Below are positions 18,321-27,774 of a DNA stretch of 50,022 nt, piece by piece (within the stretch, counting starts at the first letter, position 1; each line of letters starts with the position of its first letter). Below the pieces are notes generated by a model. That model was given only the letters and a program-made list of their open reading frames with translations, did no database searches and had not been told where the DNA came from. The DNA lies in the IMG/VR virus record IMGVR_UViG_3300033067_000168, positions 1 to 50,022 of that record; one strand, written 5' to 3'. This DNA comes from a virus. Its lineage: Duplodnaviria > Caudoviricetes. The position numbers and the translations under genes are program-made.

Positions 18321-21300
18321 TTATGCTACTTTGTCCATATCAGCAATTGCTTGCTTCCACTCTGCAAACGCAGCCGCTGTAGCAGGGTCAATTCTACTAC
18401 CAGTTTTAGCCAATGATTTTTCGTACACCTCTTGTGCTGCAAGTGCTTTGTCTGAGGCTGCTGTTCTAGCTCTTGATATTCTAAGCATCTCCGAAGCATC
18501 AGTTGGGGGAGCAGACTCACCTAACTTCAATGCCGGAATCTTAGGATCACCTAGCAGTTGTTTGCTCAATGCAGCAACACCGGAAACATCAGAGCCTCCA
18601 GGTGCAATTGTAGGCAATTTAAAGTCTGAGCCGCCGCCAGCACCAAGTGATGCAATAGATGCTTGCAATTTTGTTGCCATCGAAGGGTCTAGTCCTGAAG
18701 CTGCAAGACCTATCAATCCACCTTGTTTTGACAATACATTCTTTACGTTAGATATTAATCCTGGAGTAATACCTTTAGCAACAGAACCTAATACATTGTT
18801 AACAGTTGAACTTAGTCCTGACATTCCCGGAACAGAATTAGATGTAGATGTAGCAGATTTAATAGAATCAACCATACCAGAAGAAGATACTTCTACTGCC
18901 TTCATAGTATCTTCTAACTTGAATACTGGAACTGACCCTGATAGTTTTGTTGCGTCATTCAACAATCCACTACCTGTACTAGACGAGACTGCACCGGCGA
19001 GTGAACTTCCCATTGACTTTGCTCCATCTATTAGACTTGAAATACCAGAAGATGCCGAAGAAGTTGCTTTGTTAAGCAAACTAGACAACGATGAAGAATC
19101 TGGAGCTGCTGCTTTAGCCGCAGAGGCTAAATCTGGTTTGTCAACTTTTAGTTTTTCTTCAGTCAAGCTGATGGGCACACCTGCTTTAAATTCTTTAAAC
19201 TTAGAAGTAACTGACGCAAACGCAGCCTCGGCACTTCCTTTTGCACTATCTAGGCTTGTAGGCAATCCAAGACCACCGAGAGCTTTATCTGCTAATCCAG
19301 ATGCAAAATTTCCACCTGAGATTAAATCACCGACTGAACCACCTAGTGGATTTGGAATCTTACTAGCATTCAAACCCAATGACGATGCAGCACTTGTGAG
19401 TCCACCGAGTGAGGCAGCACCGGTTAAACTACTCATAGAAGGTAACGAGTTCTTTACAAAATCAACTGTAGAAGTAATTCCTTTAGTAGCTGCACTTAGT
19501 ATCAAACCACCAGTCTTCATAGGACTTTCGTTAGGTCCAATTATGTTTGCTTGCTTCAATGCTGCTTCGCCTTTTGCTAAACAAGTAGCTAAGACGCCAG
19601 TCTGTGCAGTTTTACTGTTGACCAAATCAGATAAGTTATTAACTCCGTCTTTACCTGTGAAGAAATTAGCTGGCATTGCTTGTTCCAGTGACTTACCAGA
19701 ATCTAATGCTTTCTGAATTGCGTTTTCTGTTCCAGGTTTTATGCATCCTGAATCAGCTAATTGGTTCGGCGTGATTGCAAGTGGACCAATAGATGCAACC
19801 TTTTTACCATCTTCACCTTGAACTACACCCACAGTAGATGCGACTGCTTCCTTAGATGCACCTGTCGCAGCGTTAACTGCCGTCTGTGATACCAATGCAG
19901 TTGTTGTGTTTTTATCTAATGTATTAGAAGCTGCTGCCATAGGAGGCACTGTCGCAGTAAGTGTCGGTGATGTTTGTACAGGTGGTGCTGAGGGTGCAGC
20001 AGCTGCCGCAGCCGTAGAAGAAGCAGACGGTGGAGATGGAAAGTTTGCTGAGGCATTCAAGTTTACTTTTACGTCTACCCCTTGACCAGCTGCTTCCCAA
20101 GGTGAGTGTGCTGGTGCACGGCTCGTGATACTTTCTAGTTTACCGGGTGCTGATGCATAACCCTTTTTAGCGTCATACAACGTATCTGTATGTTTGTTTT
20201 TCTTAAACGTATTAACTGCTTCAGGTGTGATAGACATGGAGCCAGTGTTAAGATTAACATTAGGACCACCGTTAATATAAACAGTGCCTCCCGATTTTAA
20301 TCCAGCATTACCTGCTGCATCCATGGCTAGTTGCCCGTCAACTTTGTTAGTATGGTTCCCCTTAGTGTGTTGCTTGAACGCAGTGCCCACTAATTGTGAA
20401 GTTTCCTTCACGCTTTCCATTCTGATGTTTTCAGCACGGATCTTTAATTCTTTTTCAACATGAATGTTCATGTTGTTGTCTGCGTGTAAATTCAAATCTC
20501 CGTGTGTTCTCACGTTGATTGAGTTTGTCGAGTACATATCAATAGTACCAGCTTTGCCTAATTCTACGTAACTCTGCCCGCTTGAATGTACGATGAATAA
20601 TGTGTCAGCACTATCGCTCATCATAATCATATGACCAGTCGCAGTGCGAAGTCGAACTAACTGGTCTCTACCTTCTAAGTCACCATCATCCATAACAAAG
20701 CTATGTCCACCAACACGACCTGTCACTTTAAAGTTTTTATCAGGTACCGACGGATTCTTAATTGCTGCTGAAATTGTGCTGTCAGAATATCCACCTTCAT
20801 AAATTGGGCGACCCGGTGTAGACATACCGAATACACGGCTAGGTGTCTCTCTTGTGCTACTTGAACCGATAGTACCTCTATCAGGATCACGAATCAATCC
20901 TTGCTTACTTAAAATTGCAGCCTGATAACTATGTACAGGTCTAGGTTGCAATGACAGTGTTGGGCTATCACTTTGACCTTCATTTGCGTTGTTGTATTCA
21001 GCAACTGGAAGACGAGTTGCACCACCGTAACTGCCAGCTTCGCCTGCGTTTGCGATGATGTTATCACTTGACCCGATTGCAGGAACCATATGGTTGATGC
21101 CAGGCTTTACAATAGAACCAATGTAGTATCCAAAGTTTGAGTCACCGTTCTCGAAAATACACATTACTTCTGTGCCGATATCAGGTGGGGTAGCCCAGAA
21201 TCCATAACTGTTTGGGTTACCCATATATGTGCCGTTAGCATCTTTGCTACCAGTGTTCGGGGTGTATCCGAAGAAAGGACTCAAGTAACTAACAGATACC

Positions 21301-21488
21301 CAGCTTGCAGGATCATCAGGGTTGTTGCCTTTGAACTTGTTAATATAAACTTTAATTTTGCCAGAGTGAGTAGGATCGATGTTAGATTTAACAATGCCGG
21401 TCACCGGGGTGCTTAATAAGTTAGATTTTCCTTTATTGTCAGAAAAATCTTTCGAGGTACCTTTTACTCTTGTGTCATTATCGCTCAT
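18321..21488 (-). CDS. gp5: Baseplate central spike, gp5/VgrG-like, with a long C-terminal extension
   Basis: 1055 aa; OB-fold-like start (DPTHSGKIKVYI...PPDIGTEVMCIF), beta-helix segment (GHSFVMDD...RLRTATGHMIMMSD...INGGPNVNLN), followed by ~640 aa of Ala/Ser/Gly-rich sequence. Confidence 0.82.
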   Translation of the reverse strand: MSDNDTRVKGTSKDFSDNKGKSNLLSTPVTGIVKSNIDPTHSGKIKVYINKFKGNNPDDPASWVSVSYLSPFFGYTPNTGSKDANGTYMGNPNSYGFWATPPDIGTEVMCIFENGDSNFGYYIGSIVKPGINHMVPAIGSSDNIIANAGEAGSYGGATRLPVAEYNNANEGQSDSPTLSLQPRPVHSYQAAILSKQGLIRDPDRGTIGSSSTRETPSRVFGMSTPGRPIYEGGYSDSTISAAIKNPSVPDKNFKVTGRVGGHSFVMDDGDLEGRDQLVRLRTATGHMIMMSDSADTLFIVHSSGQSYVELGKAGTIDMYSTNSINVRTHGDLNLHADNNMNIHVEKELKIRAENIRMESVKETSQLVGTAFKQHTKGNHTNKVDGQLAMDAAGNAGLKSGGTVYINGGPNVNLNTGSMSITPEAVNTFKKNKHTDTLYDAKKGYASAPGKLESITSRAPAHSPWEAAGQGVDVKVNLNASANFPSPPSASSTAAAAAAPSAPPVQTSPTLTATVPPMAAASNTLDKNTTTALVSQTAVNAATGASKEAVASTVGVVQGEDGKKVASIGPLAITPNQLADSGCIKPGTENAIQKALDSGKSLEQAMPANFFTGKDGVNNLSDLVNSKTAQTGVLATCLAKGEAALKQANIIGPNESPMKTGGLILSAATKGITSTVDFVKNSLPSMSSLTGAASLGGLTSAASSLGLNASKIPNPLGGSVGDLISGGNFASGLADKALGGLGLPTSLDSAKGSAEAAFASVTSKFKEFKAGVPISLTEEKLKVDKPDLASAAKAAAPDSSSLSSLLNKATSSASSGISSLIDGAKSMGSSLAGAVSSSTGSGLLNDATKLSGSVPVFKLEDTMKAVEVSSSGMVDSIKSATSTSNSVPGMSGLSSTVNNVLGSVAKGITPGLISNVKNVLSKQGGLIGLAASGLDPSMATKLQASIASLGAGGGSDFKLPTIAPGGSDVSGVAALSKQLLGDPKIPALKLGESAPPTDASEMLRISRARTAASDKALAAQEVYEKSLAKTGSRIDPATAAAFAEWKQAIADMDKVA

Positions 21489-24001
21489 TTATTACCAACC
21501 GTTCTTGTCTTATTCGTATTATCAGATGCACGAGGTGCTCCGCGTCCTCGAAACACAGGAGGTTCACGAGAAGCATCGCCAGAACTTCCTGATGAGAAAC
21601 TTTGTATATTACCCATTGGGTCATATGAATTATCATCTTCTGCACCTTGTGCAGGTTTGATAAGTTTATTATCAATTTTTCTAATGTCTGCTTGTGTCGG
21701 AGTAGACTTAGCTGAAGAATTACCTCTAGCAGGAGTTTGTTCACGTTGCTCAACAGTTTCTTGTGTTTTCAAGAAAGGGGGCAATGACATGTCGATAAAT
21801 TCTTGGGTGAATGAACCCTTTGAGAACTTACTTTTAACAACAGTTAACATGTGAATCATTCTACCTTCTGTTCTTCTTTTAAGGTCAGGGGCGTAGTCCC
21901 AGAAAGATATTTCATGGTCAGGAGTCATTAAACCATTTTCATGGTTGAAATCGTGTACTTGATTAAAATCTATCTCAATGAACACTTGACCTGTGTTTGG
22001 GTTAATAGGGGCATCCTCTGTCTTGTCAAGACCTGCAACCATTTTATATGATCCAGTAGGACCTGTCATTAGAAAATCAGGGTCGCCTATGATTGATACT
22101 GAGGCATGTACTTGGTCGCCTGGCGTGAGTAGCCACGTTTTCAATGAAGATACTTCTTCATATGTCCCTGGCATTTTTCCAGTAGTGTCACCGCCTGCTG
22201 AGGTCATAGCCTTTCGAGGAGCAGGATCATTAGGGTCTGCATTCTTCGCTGCTTGACCATACAAGCTGTGAATATTATTGTACAAGTTATCGTATTTTAT
22301 GTTGTACGATAATATGCCCTCGTTCTTACCTGTATACCAATAATTATAAATTTTACTAGGTCCAGGATAAATGTCTTTGTTTGGAATATTAGAAGACCTC
22401 ACATATGGAATCGCATACTTAGTGATGACGTATGTAATCTTGTACGCATACGTTTTTCTTTTCTCATCGAAACCCAAAGTCTCTCTCACAGGAGTAATGT
22501 TAAACCATGTAAGTACTTTAGGGCTGGGGTTAGTTGCATAATTCTTATCGTTCTCTAACACTGTTTGAGTTTGTTCATCATTAATGATGTTCAAGCAATC
22601 ACTAATGTATGTACTTTGACTAATTATATTTTCAACAACTTGAACAATCGGAGTGTTTGCATTGATTTGAATCTCACGTTTCATCTTAGAAACGGTAGTT
22701 CCTTTTCCACTCTCTGCTGCTCTTACTGTTACGTTCAATGCACCCGGTACACCCACGATAGGTGTTTGTGCAGGTGAATATTGATTTTTGTCAACAATCG
22801 CAGCGGCTTCTATTTCTGAAAAATCCTCGAACTTGAATCCAATCTCATCAGCAAGGTCTTGAATACGATTCTCACCAGTAGACTTTGCCTTTTCTTTAGC
22901 ATTGATGATGCCAGCTAAACTAGTAGGTCCAGTATTTAAGATTTCTCCCACTGTGGATCCAGATATTGCCACTTGTTCACCAACTGAGCCGGTGATACCA
23001 CCGATACCAATTTGCATACCAGCAGCTTTAGCTGTAACTTGGTATGTTGTCATTTTCTGGTCTAAGCGTGTTGACATTGTTTGAATGATAACTGGAAATG
23101 CTCTCTCAAATGCAGCAGTATCATCCGTCTTGTTCATAGCATACTTACCTGCAGTGGGAACAGTCATCAGTTCACCCTTCTCATCATATCCATAGAATCG
23201 GATCACTAACAGATAACGTTCAGATAACGCTTCCATAGGATGTTGTACGCTTCGTTTCATGGATGTTTTTTCTTGCATCTTGTGAACTGCTCGTACTAGT
23301 CTAGATGGGAATGTCATTCCGTAAGGTTCGTAGATTGTGAATTGATATTCGTATGTTGTACCTGAGTAATCAGATGCCTTAGAGTTAACTGCGGTTGTGA
23401 TAGTTAAATTGTCAATACCAAAATCGTATTCAAAGCCGTCTGCTCTTTTGCTATCTAACTCTGCATTAATACCGCCGCTTTGTGCAATCAATAGCATATC
23501 GGTAGTATGCCACACACCGTCTCTGGCATATGAGTTCTCTCCTTCAGGTGTGACCAAGTAAAGACTTAGTTTATAGGTGTAACTACTAAACGCTGATAGA
23601 GGGTTGTATGTTCTGTTAAACGCAGGTTTGTTAACTGTTGGGTTGTTTTGAGTTTCTTCTACCGCTGTTTTATTTGCTTTAGCTTTTTCATCGTTAGCTT
23701 TGTTCTCTGCAACTTTGTTATCAAGTTTTCTAATGTCGCCTGCTGAAGTGCGCGGACCTGTGATATTTTCTCTTTCTTTTTGCAAAGTAGATAATTTGCC
23801 TTCAGCAAGGTCAAGTGCGGTTTGGTCAGATAATTCTTTAGTTTTTAGATTTTTGATTGTTGTGGCGTTTGCCTGATACTTTGGATCAATGTTTGCTATA
23901 CTTTGTTTAGTAATTCGCAAACTTTCTTTCAACGATGAAATATCTTTTTGTGTGGATGCAATATTAGCATCGATGGTAGTCAGTGATGATGCTTCTGCCA
24001 T
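21485..24001 (-). CDS. Probable baseplate hub protein (gp27/GpD-like position)
   Basis: 838 aa; lies between the gp53-like and gp5-like genes with an ATGA overlap to gp5; late 'SIIGDP' and 'VKSKFSKGSFTQ' segments resemble hub-protein C-termini. Family assignment is by synteny. Confidence 0.6.
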   Translation of the reverse strand: MAEASSLTTIDANIASTQKDISSLKESLRITKQSIANIDPKYQANATTIKNLKTKELSDQTALDLAEGKLSTLQKERENITGPRTSAGDIRKLDNKVAENKANDEKAKANKTAVEETQNNPTVNKPAFNRTYNPLSAFSSYTYKLSLYLVTPEGENSYARDGVWHTTDMLLIAQSGGINAELDSKRADGFEYDFGIDNLTITTAVNSKASDYSGTTYEYQFTIYEPYGMTFPSRLVRAVHKMQEKTSMKRSVQHPMEALSERYLLVIRFYGYDEKGELMTVPTAGKYAMNKTDDTAAFERAFPVIIQTMSTRLDQKMTTYQVTAKAAGMQIGIGGITGSVGEQVAISGSTVGEILNTGPTSLAGIINAKEKAKSTGENRIQDLADEIGFKFEDFSEIEAAAIVDKNQYSPAQTPIVGVPGALNVTVRAAESGKGTTVSKMKREIQINANTPIVQVVENIISQSTYISDCLNIINDEQTQTVLENDKNYATNPSPKVLTWFNITPVRETLGFDEKRKTYAYKITYVITKYAIPYVRSSNIPNKDIYPGPSKIYNYWYTGKNEGILSYNIKYDNLYNNIHSLYGQAAKNADPNDPAPRKAMTSAGGDTTGKMPGTYEEVSSLKTWLLTPGDQVHASVSIIGDPDFLMTGPTGSYKMVAGLDKTEDAPINPNTGQVFIEIDFNQVHDFNHENGLMTPDHEISFWDYAPDLKRRTEGRMIHMLTVVKSKFSKGSFTQEFIDMSLPPFLKTQETVEQREQTPARGNSSAKSTPTQADIRKIDNKLIKPAQGAEDDNSYDPMGNIQSFSSGSSGDASREPPVFRGRGAPRASDNTNKTRTVGNK

Positions 24002-24002
24002 A

Positions 24003-24302
24003 TTACAATCCTAACGCATCTTTTAAGACTTGGATTTCTGGGATGAAAATAACTGTGCCCGCAGTAAAATCAAATAAGGGGTCTTTTAATTTATTAGGGT
24101 TTCTTTGAGAGAATACCCACCACAATCTACTATCTTCATACAAATCACTTGCCAATAAATCAGGGCGTAGGTGATACGTTTGTGTAATTTCCCATTCTTG
24201 GTCAGTCGAACGAGCAGGGATAGGTCTGTTTACCATTATGTCTAAGAAACTGTTATTGTAAGTTTCTGTCAAATAATAAGGGCTTGTTTTTGTATAACTC
24301 AT
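24003..24302 (-). CDS. gp53: Baseplate wedge protein gp53-like (LysM-like)
   Basis: RPDLLASDLYEDSRLWWVF..RN...DP.FDF..G..I.IP is the gp53/LysM-type signature. Start placed at the second ATG (TAATG overlap with the upstream stop); the track uses 24308. Confidence 0.8.
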   Translation of the reverse strand: MSYTKTSPYYLTETYNNSFLDIMVNRPIPARSTDQEWEITQTYHLRPDLLASDLYEDSRLWWVFSQRNPNKLKDPLFDFTAGTVIFIPEIQVLKDALGL

Positions 24303-25684
24303 TACCATATACCTCCGCTGTTTCGCTTAGAGCCTTTCAACAGTTCACCTGTTGCATATTTTTGTAGACTGAAATTGTCGCTGATATCTTTGCGAGATAC
24401 TATCGGGATAACTGTCAGTGAAAGTTGAACTTTAGTAGGGACATACGAAGATTCTTTGTTAGAAAGATAGTTAAACGCTCCAACATTCTTTGTGCCGCCC
24501 CCTCTAGATAATTTAGACCCTTTGAGTCTGTCTAAAATAAAATCTATACCTCTCATCGAAGTGTTCTTAGAGAACGTATCATCAGCTGCCTTACCCTGTG
24601 AGTAAACAGTACCGGTGTTCGTTCTAATGTAATCTACATCGTTAGGTAAGTTTAGTTGGAAGCCTGTAATGACCAATGGGTGATTATCGAATTGCCATTT
24701 ACCGAAGCCACTAAGATACAACAACGGAGGAGGAGTACCTGCTCTAGGTGATTTATCTTGTCCGTAGAACATCTTTGTTGCTGACTTGAAAAAATGCATT
24801 ACAGCTAATAAGTATTTTGCTTCGAATGTGTCTTGGGCAGTAAAATCTGCGATGATAGAAATATCATCAACACTTGAGTTCTGATAAAAATGACTCTTGT
24901 AGTTTGTATGTGGGATATCAACTGGATTATAGTTTGCTCTATATGCAGTGTTAATTTGTGGGGTGTATGGGAAAATCACACCCTTCGTTTCTTTTAACGG
25001 GAACAAAATATCGTTAGCAGTTGCAACGTTGTACAAATAGTTAGCGTTGGGTGCTAAACTAAGTCTAACTCTCCAATCTTCTGCTTGCTTAAATGTTGGA
25101 GGAGGGTCTGGTTGTTTTGCTTTCTGCTGGTCTACACTCTTGGTTGAGTCACCTGCTGCTTGTACTTTACTTGCTGCAGGTTGTTCCGGGTTTCCAGCCT
25201 TGTCAGACTGTTCTTTTAATATGTTCCGTTGGCTTTCTTGGAATTCTCGCAACTGCCCTTCTTCTTCCTGCGACAGTTTTGCATCCTGTGATGCTTCAAT
25301 AACTTGTTGTTCAGTTGGGGAAGTATCTTCGTTTGCTATTGCATCTTGTCTAGCTTTTTCAAACGGATCTTCTTCGGGGCTAACTTCTTTACTGTCTGAT
25401 GCTACCACTACCTCAGTGACTTTATTTGCATCAGCGGCTATCTCAACTCTAACAGGATCGCTCAATGATTGTCCAGCTGCGGGAATTTCTGCGCCAAATG
25501 GGTCATAAGACGTTGCTGCCGCCGGTGCAGTACCCGAGCTTGTAGTCTCAGCAGTTCCCACATTTCCCGACCCAGTGATTTCAATACGAACAGCAGTCTC
25601 ACCTGAAGGTAGTGTTACCGTCGGTAGACTGTCGGCAGACGCCGGTTTTGCATACGGGCTTGAAGCGATTGGATTAGTTGCCAT
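24302..25684 (-). CDS. Tail-tube initiator / baseplate-tube junction protein (gp48/gp54-like) with a long low-complexity N-terminus
   Basis: 460 aa; C-terminal domain DWRVRL...GVIFPYTPQI...FTAQ...GTPPPLLYLSGFG...PLVITGF resembles tube-fold initiator proteins; precedes the gp53-like gene. Confidence 0.65.
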   Translation of the reverse strand: MATNPIASSPYAKPASADSLPTVTLPSGETAVRIEITGSGNVGTAETTSSGTAPAAATSYDPFGAEIPAAGQSLSDPVRVEIAADANKVTEVVVASDSKEVSPEEDPFEKARQDAIANEDTSPTEQQVIEASQDAKLSQEEEGQLREFQESQRNILKEQSDKAGNPEQPAASKVQAAGDSTKSVDQQKAKQPDPPPTFKQAEDWRVRLSLAPNANYLYNVATANDILFPLKETKGVIFPYTPQINTAYRANYNPVDIPHTNYKSHFYQNSSVDDISIIADFTAQDTFEAKYLLAVMHFFKSATKMFYGQDKSPRAGTPPPLLYLSGFGKWQFDNHPLVITGFQLNLPNDVDYIRTNTGTVYSQGKAADDTFSKNTSMRGIDFILDRLKGSKLSRGGGTKNVGAFNYLSNKESSYVPTKVQLSLTVIPIVSRKDISDNFSLQKYATGELLKGSKRNSGGIW

Positions 25685-25700
25685 TGAGATTATACCTTTA

Positions 25701-25715
25701 CTAAATATATTTATC
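25701..25715. promoter_or_regulatory. Abutting opposed late-promoter motifs (CTAAATA on +, GATAAATA on -)
   Basis: CTAAATATATTTATC in the divergent gap between the baseplate operon and gp55. Confidence 0.6.
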
Positions 25716-25747
25716 GCTCAAAAAAACGCCCTTTTTTACTGAAAAGG

Positions 25748-25776
25748 TTGAATCCTAGATACAAAAGTGTTACAAT
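25748..25776 (+). promoter_or_regulatory. Putative sigma70-type promoter for gp55
   Basis: TTGAAT-N17-TACAAT with extended -10 TGn; GGAG ribosome-binding site before the ATG at 25802. Confidence 0.65.
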
Positions 25777-25801
25777 TCTAGTAACATAATAACGGAGAAC
25801 T

Positions 25802-26701
25802 ATGTCCCTAATACCCCACAAAAAACCAGTGAACTATCTGAATAATAAAGATATCCTTAAAGAAATTCACACTAGTAAAAATGCCTATTGTTCTTTTCTG
25901 TCCCCTGAGGATCACCGATATGACTATATATGTGACATGCCAACAGAGTCGATTGAGAAAAGTCTTGAACACGCACTAACCCCGGAAGCGATTCAACAAG
26001 CAAAAGAAACTAGAGCAACAAGATTAAGCCTAGAAGCAGGCGAGAAAGATTCAGTTAGCCCTGATTCAATTCCATTAACCGATTTAGTATTTAGGGTAAT
26101 GACTTGGGACCATGTTCCAGTTGCACCCAAAGCACCTCGCAAAGTAGACAAGAAGAAAACTGCAAAAGACATTTTTGACTTTGACGAAGACGGTGAGGAG
26201 ATTTTTGCTGATTTAGAAGATACTACAACCAAAGCCGAGGTTGACGACATGGTTCATGTCAAAGTTAACTTTCCACCGTTTCAACACTTTAGATTTGACG
26301 AGACTAATACAGCACGTTGCATCGGAAAGTCACATTGGAAAGGTAATTTAGAAACCGGAGAATTCAGTAAGGATCACGGTCAAATCACCAACAAACTTGC
26401 CCGTATGTACATTATGATGTGCGAGAAATATGCAATGAAGTTCAATTGGCGTGGATACACATACAATGATGAAATGCGAAATTCAGCCATTCTACAACTT
26501 ACATATGTTGGGTTACGTTTCAATGAAGCCAAATCTGCAAACCCATTCGCATACTACACGGCTGCTATCACTAATAGTTTCTGTCGTGTATTGAACACTG
26601 AAAAACGCAATCAAAACATTCGTGACGACATTCTGGAAATGAATGGCTTGAATCCATCATGGACTCGCCAGGGCATTTCGGCTGGTTCATACGAAGAATA
26701 A
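25802..26701 (+). CDS. gp55: Sigma factor for late transcription, gp55-like
   Basis: NYLNNKDIL at the N-terminus and FNWRGYTYNDEM...RFNEAKSANPFAYYT...NSFCRVLNTEK near the C-terminus; immediately upstream of gp47/gp46 as in T4-like phages. Confidence 0.9.
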   Translation: MSLIPHKKPVNYLNNKDILKEIHTSKNAYCSFLSPEDHRYDYICDMPTESIEKSLEHALTPEAIQQAKETRATRLSLEAGEKDSVSPDSIPLTDLVFRVMTWDHVPVAPKAPRKVDKKKTAKDIFDFDEDGEEIFADLEDTTTKAEVDDMVHVKVNFPPFQHFRFDETNTARCIGKSHWKGNLETGEFSKDHGQITNKLARMYIMMCEKYAMKFNWRGYTYNDEMRNSAILQLTYVGLRFNEAKSANPFAYYTAAITNSFCRVLNTEKRNQNIRDDILEMNGLNPSWTRQGISAGSYEE

Positions 26702-26716
26702 TAATCTAATTTAACC

Positions 26717-26753
26717 AGAGGGGTTGTTTTTACATCCCCTCTTCCTGTATACT
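26717..26753 (+). promoter_or_regulatory. Hairpin overlapping a putative sigma70-type promoter for gp47
   Basis: AGAGGGG-T-TGT-TTTT-ACA-T-CCCCTCT (26717-26742); TTGTTT-N18-TATACT with TATACT ending 7 nt before the ATG at 26761. Confidence 0.45.
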
Positions 26754-26760
26754 AACACTT

Positions 26761-27774
26761 ATGAGTAACCTTTTTAAAAAAGCCGCTGTCTTTACTGACA
26801 TTCATTTTGGTATGAAGTCAAACAGTCTACAGCATAACCAAGACTGTTCAGATTTTGTCGATTGGTTCATACAAGAAGCAAAGAAAGAGGGTTGTGAAAC
26901 CTGTTTCTTCTTGGGTGATTGGAATCATCATCGTGCAACTATAAATATCCATACACTGCAATTTGGTTTGCAGGCATTGGAGAAACTTAGTGCTGCGTTT
27001 GATATCGTATATTTTATTCCCGGTAATCACGATTTGTATTACCGTGACCGCCGCGACATACATTCTGTTGAGTGGGCCAAGCATCTCCCGAACATTAAAA
27101 TCATTAATGACTTCTTCAAAGAGGGTGATGTAGTTATTGCACCTTGGCTTGTACAAGAAGATTACAAAAAGATTAAAAAGATGTCCGGACAATACTTGTT
27201 CGGGCATTTTGAACTGCCACACTTTCACATGAATGCTATGGTTGAGATGCCGGATCACGGTGAACTCAACAGTGAGCATGTCGATGGCTTTGGATTAGTG
27301 TTCAGTGGACATTTTCATAAACGTCAAGCAAAGAAAAACATCTGGTACATTGGTAATGCGTTCCCTCATAACTTCGCTGATGCAGGTGATGATGCACGTG
27401 GCATGATGATTTTAGAATGGGGTCAAGACCCTGAGTTCCGTTCATGGCCTAAGCAGCCATTGTTCAGAGTTTACAAACTAAGTGATATCTTAGAAAACCC
27501 TAAGGGATTGCTATTACCTGACAGCCATGTTAGAGTACATCTTGACATTGATATCTCATACGAAGAAGCAAACTTCTTGCGTGAGACATTCATTCCCGAC
27601 TATAAGTTAAGAGAAATGGCACTTATCCCAATGAAAGTAGACCAAGTTGAGCAACAAGGTCCCGAAGGTTTGAAGTTTGAGTCAGTAGACCAAATCGTCA
27701 TTGACCAAATCAATTCAATCGAATCTAACAGTTTCGACAAGAAAATCCTATTAGAAATCTATAACAATCTATGA
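26761..27774 (+). CDS. gp47: Recombination endonuclease subunit, Mre11/SbcD-like
   Basis: Metallophosphoesterase motifs DIHFG, LGDW, GNHD, GHFE, SGHFH; ATGA overlap with gp46. Confidence 0.95.
   Translation: MSNLFKKAAVFTDIHFGMKSNSLQHNQDCSDFVDWFIQEAKKEGCETCFFLGDWNHHRATINIHTLQFGLQALEKLSAAFDIVYFIPGNHDLYYRDRRDIHSVEWAKHLPNIKIINDFFKEGDVVIAPWLVQEDYKKIKKMSGQYLFGHFELPHFHMNAMVEMPDHGELNSEHVDGFGLVFSGHFHKRQAKKNIWYIGNAFPHNFADAGDDARGMMILEWGQDPEFRSWPKQPLFRVYKLSDILENPKGLLLPDSHVRVHLDIDISYEEANFLRETFIPDYKLREMALIPMKVDQVEQQGPEGLKFESVDQIVIDQINSIESNSFDKKILLEIYNNL

Noticed and set aside
18331-19716. 461-aa plus-strand ORF antisense to the gp5-like gene
   Set aside because: Lies opposite a Ser/Ala/Gly-rich low-complexity region with biased codons, has no RBS or promoter motif and no recognisable domain; best explained as a shadow ORF.
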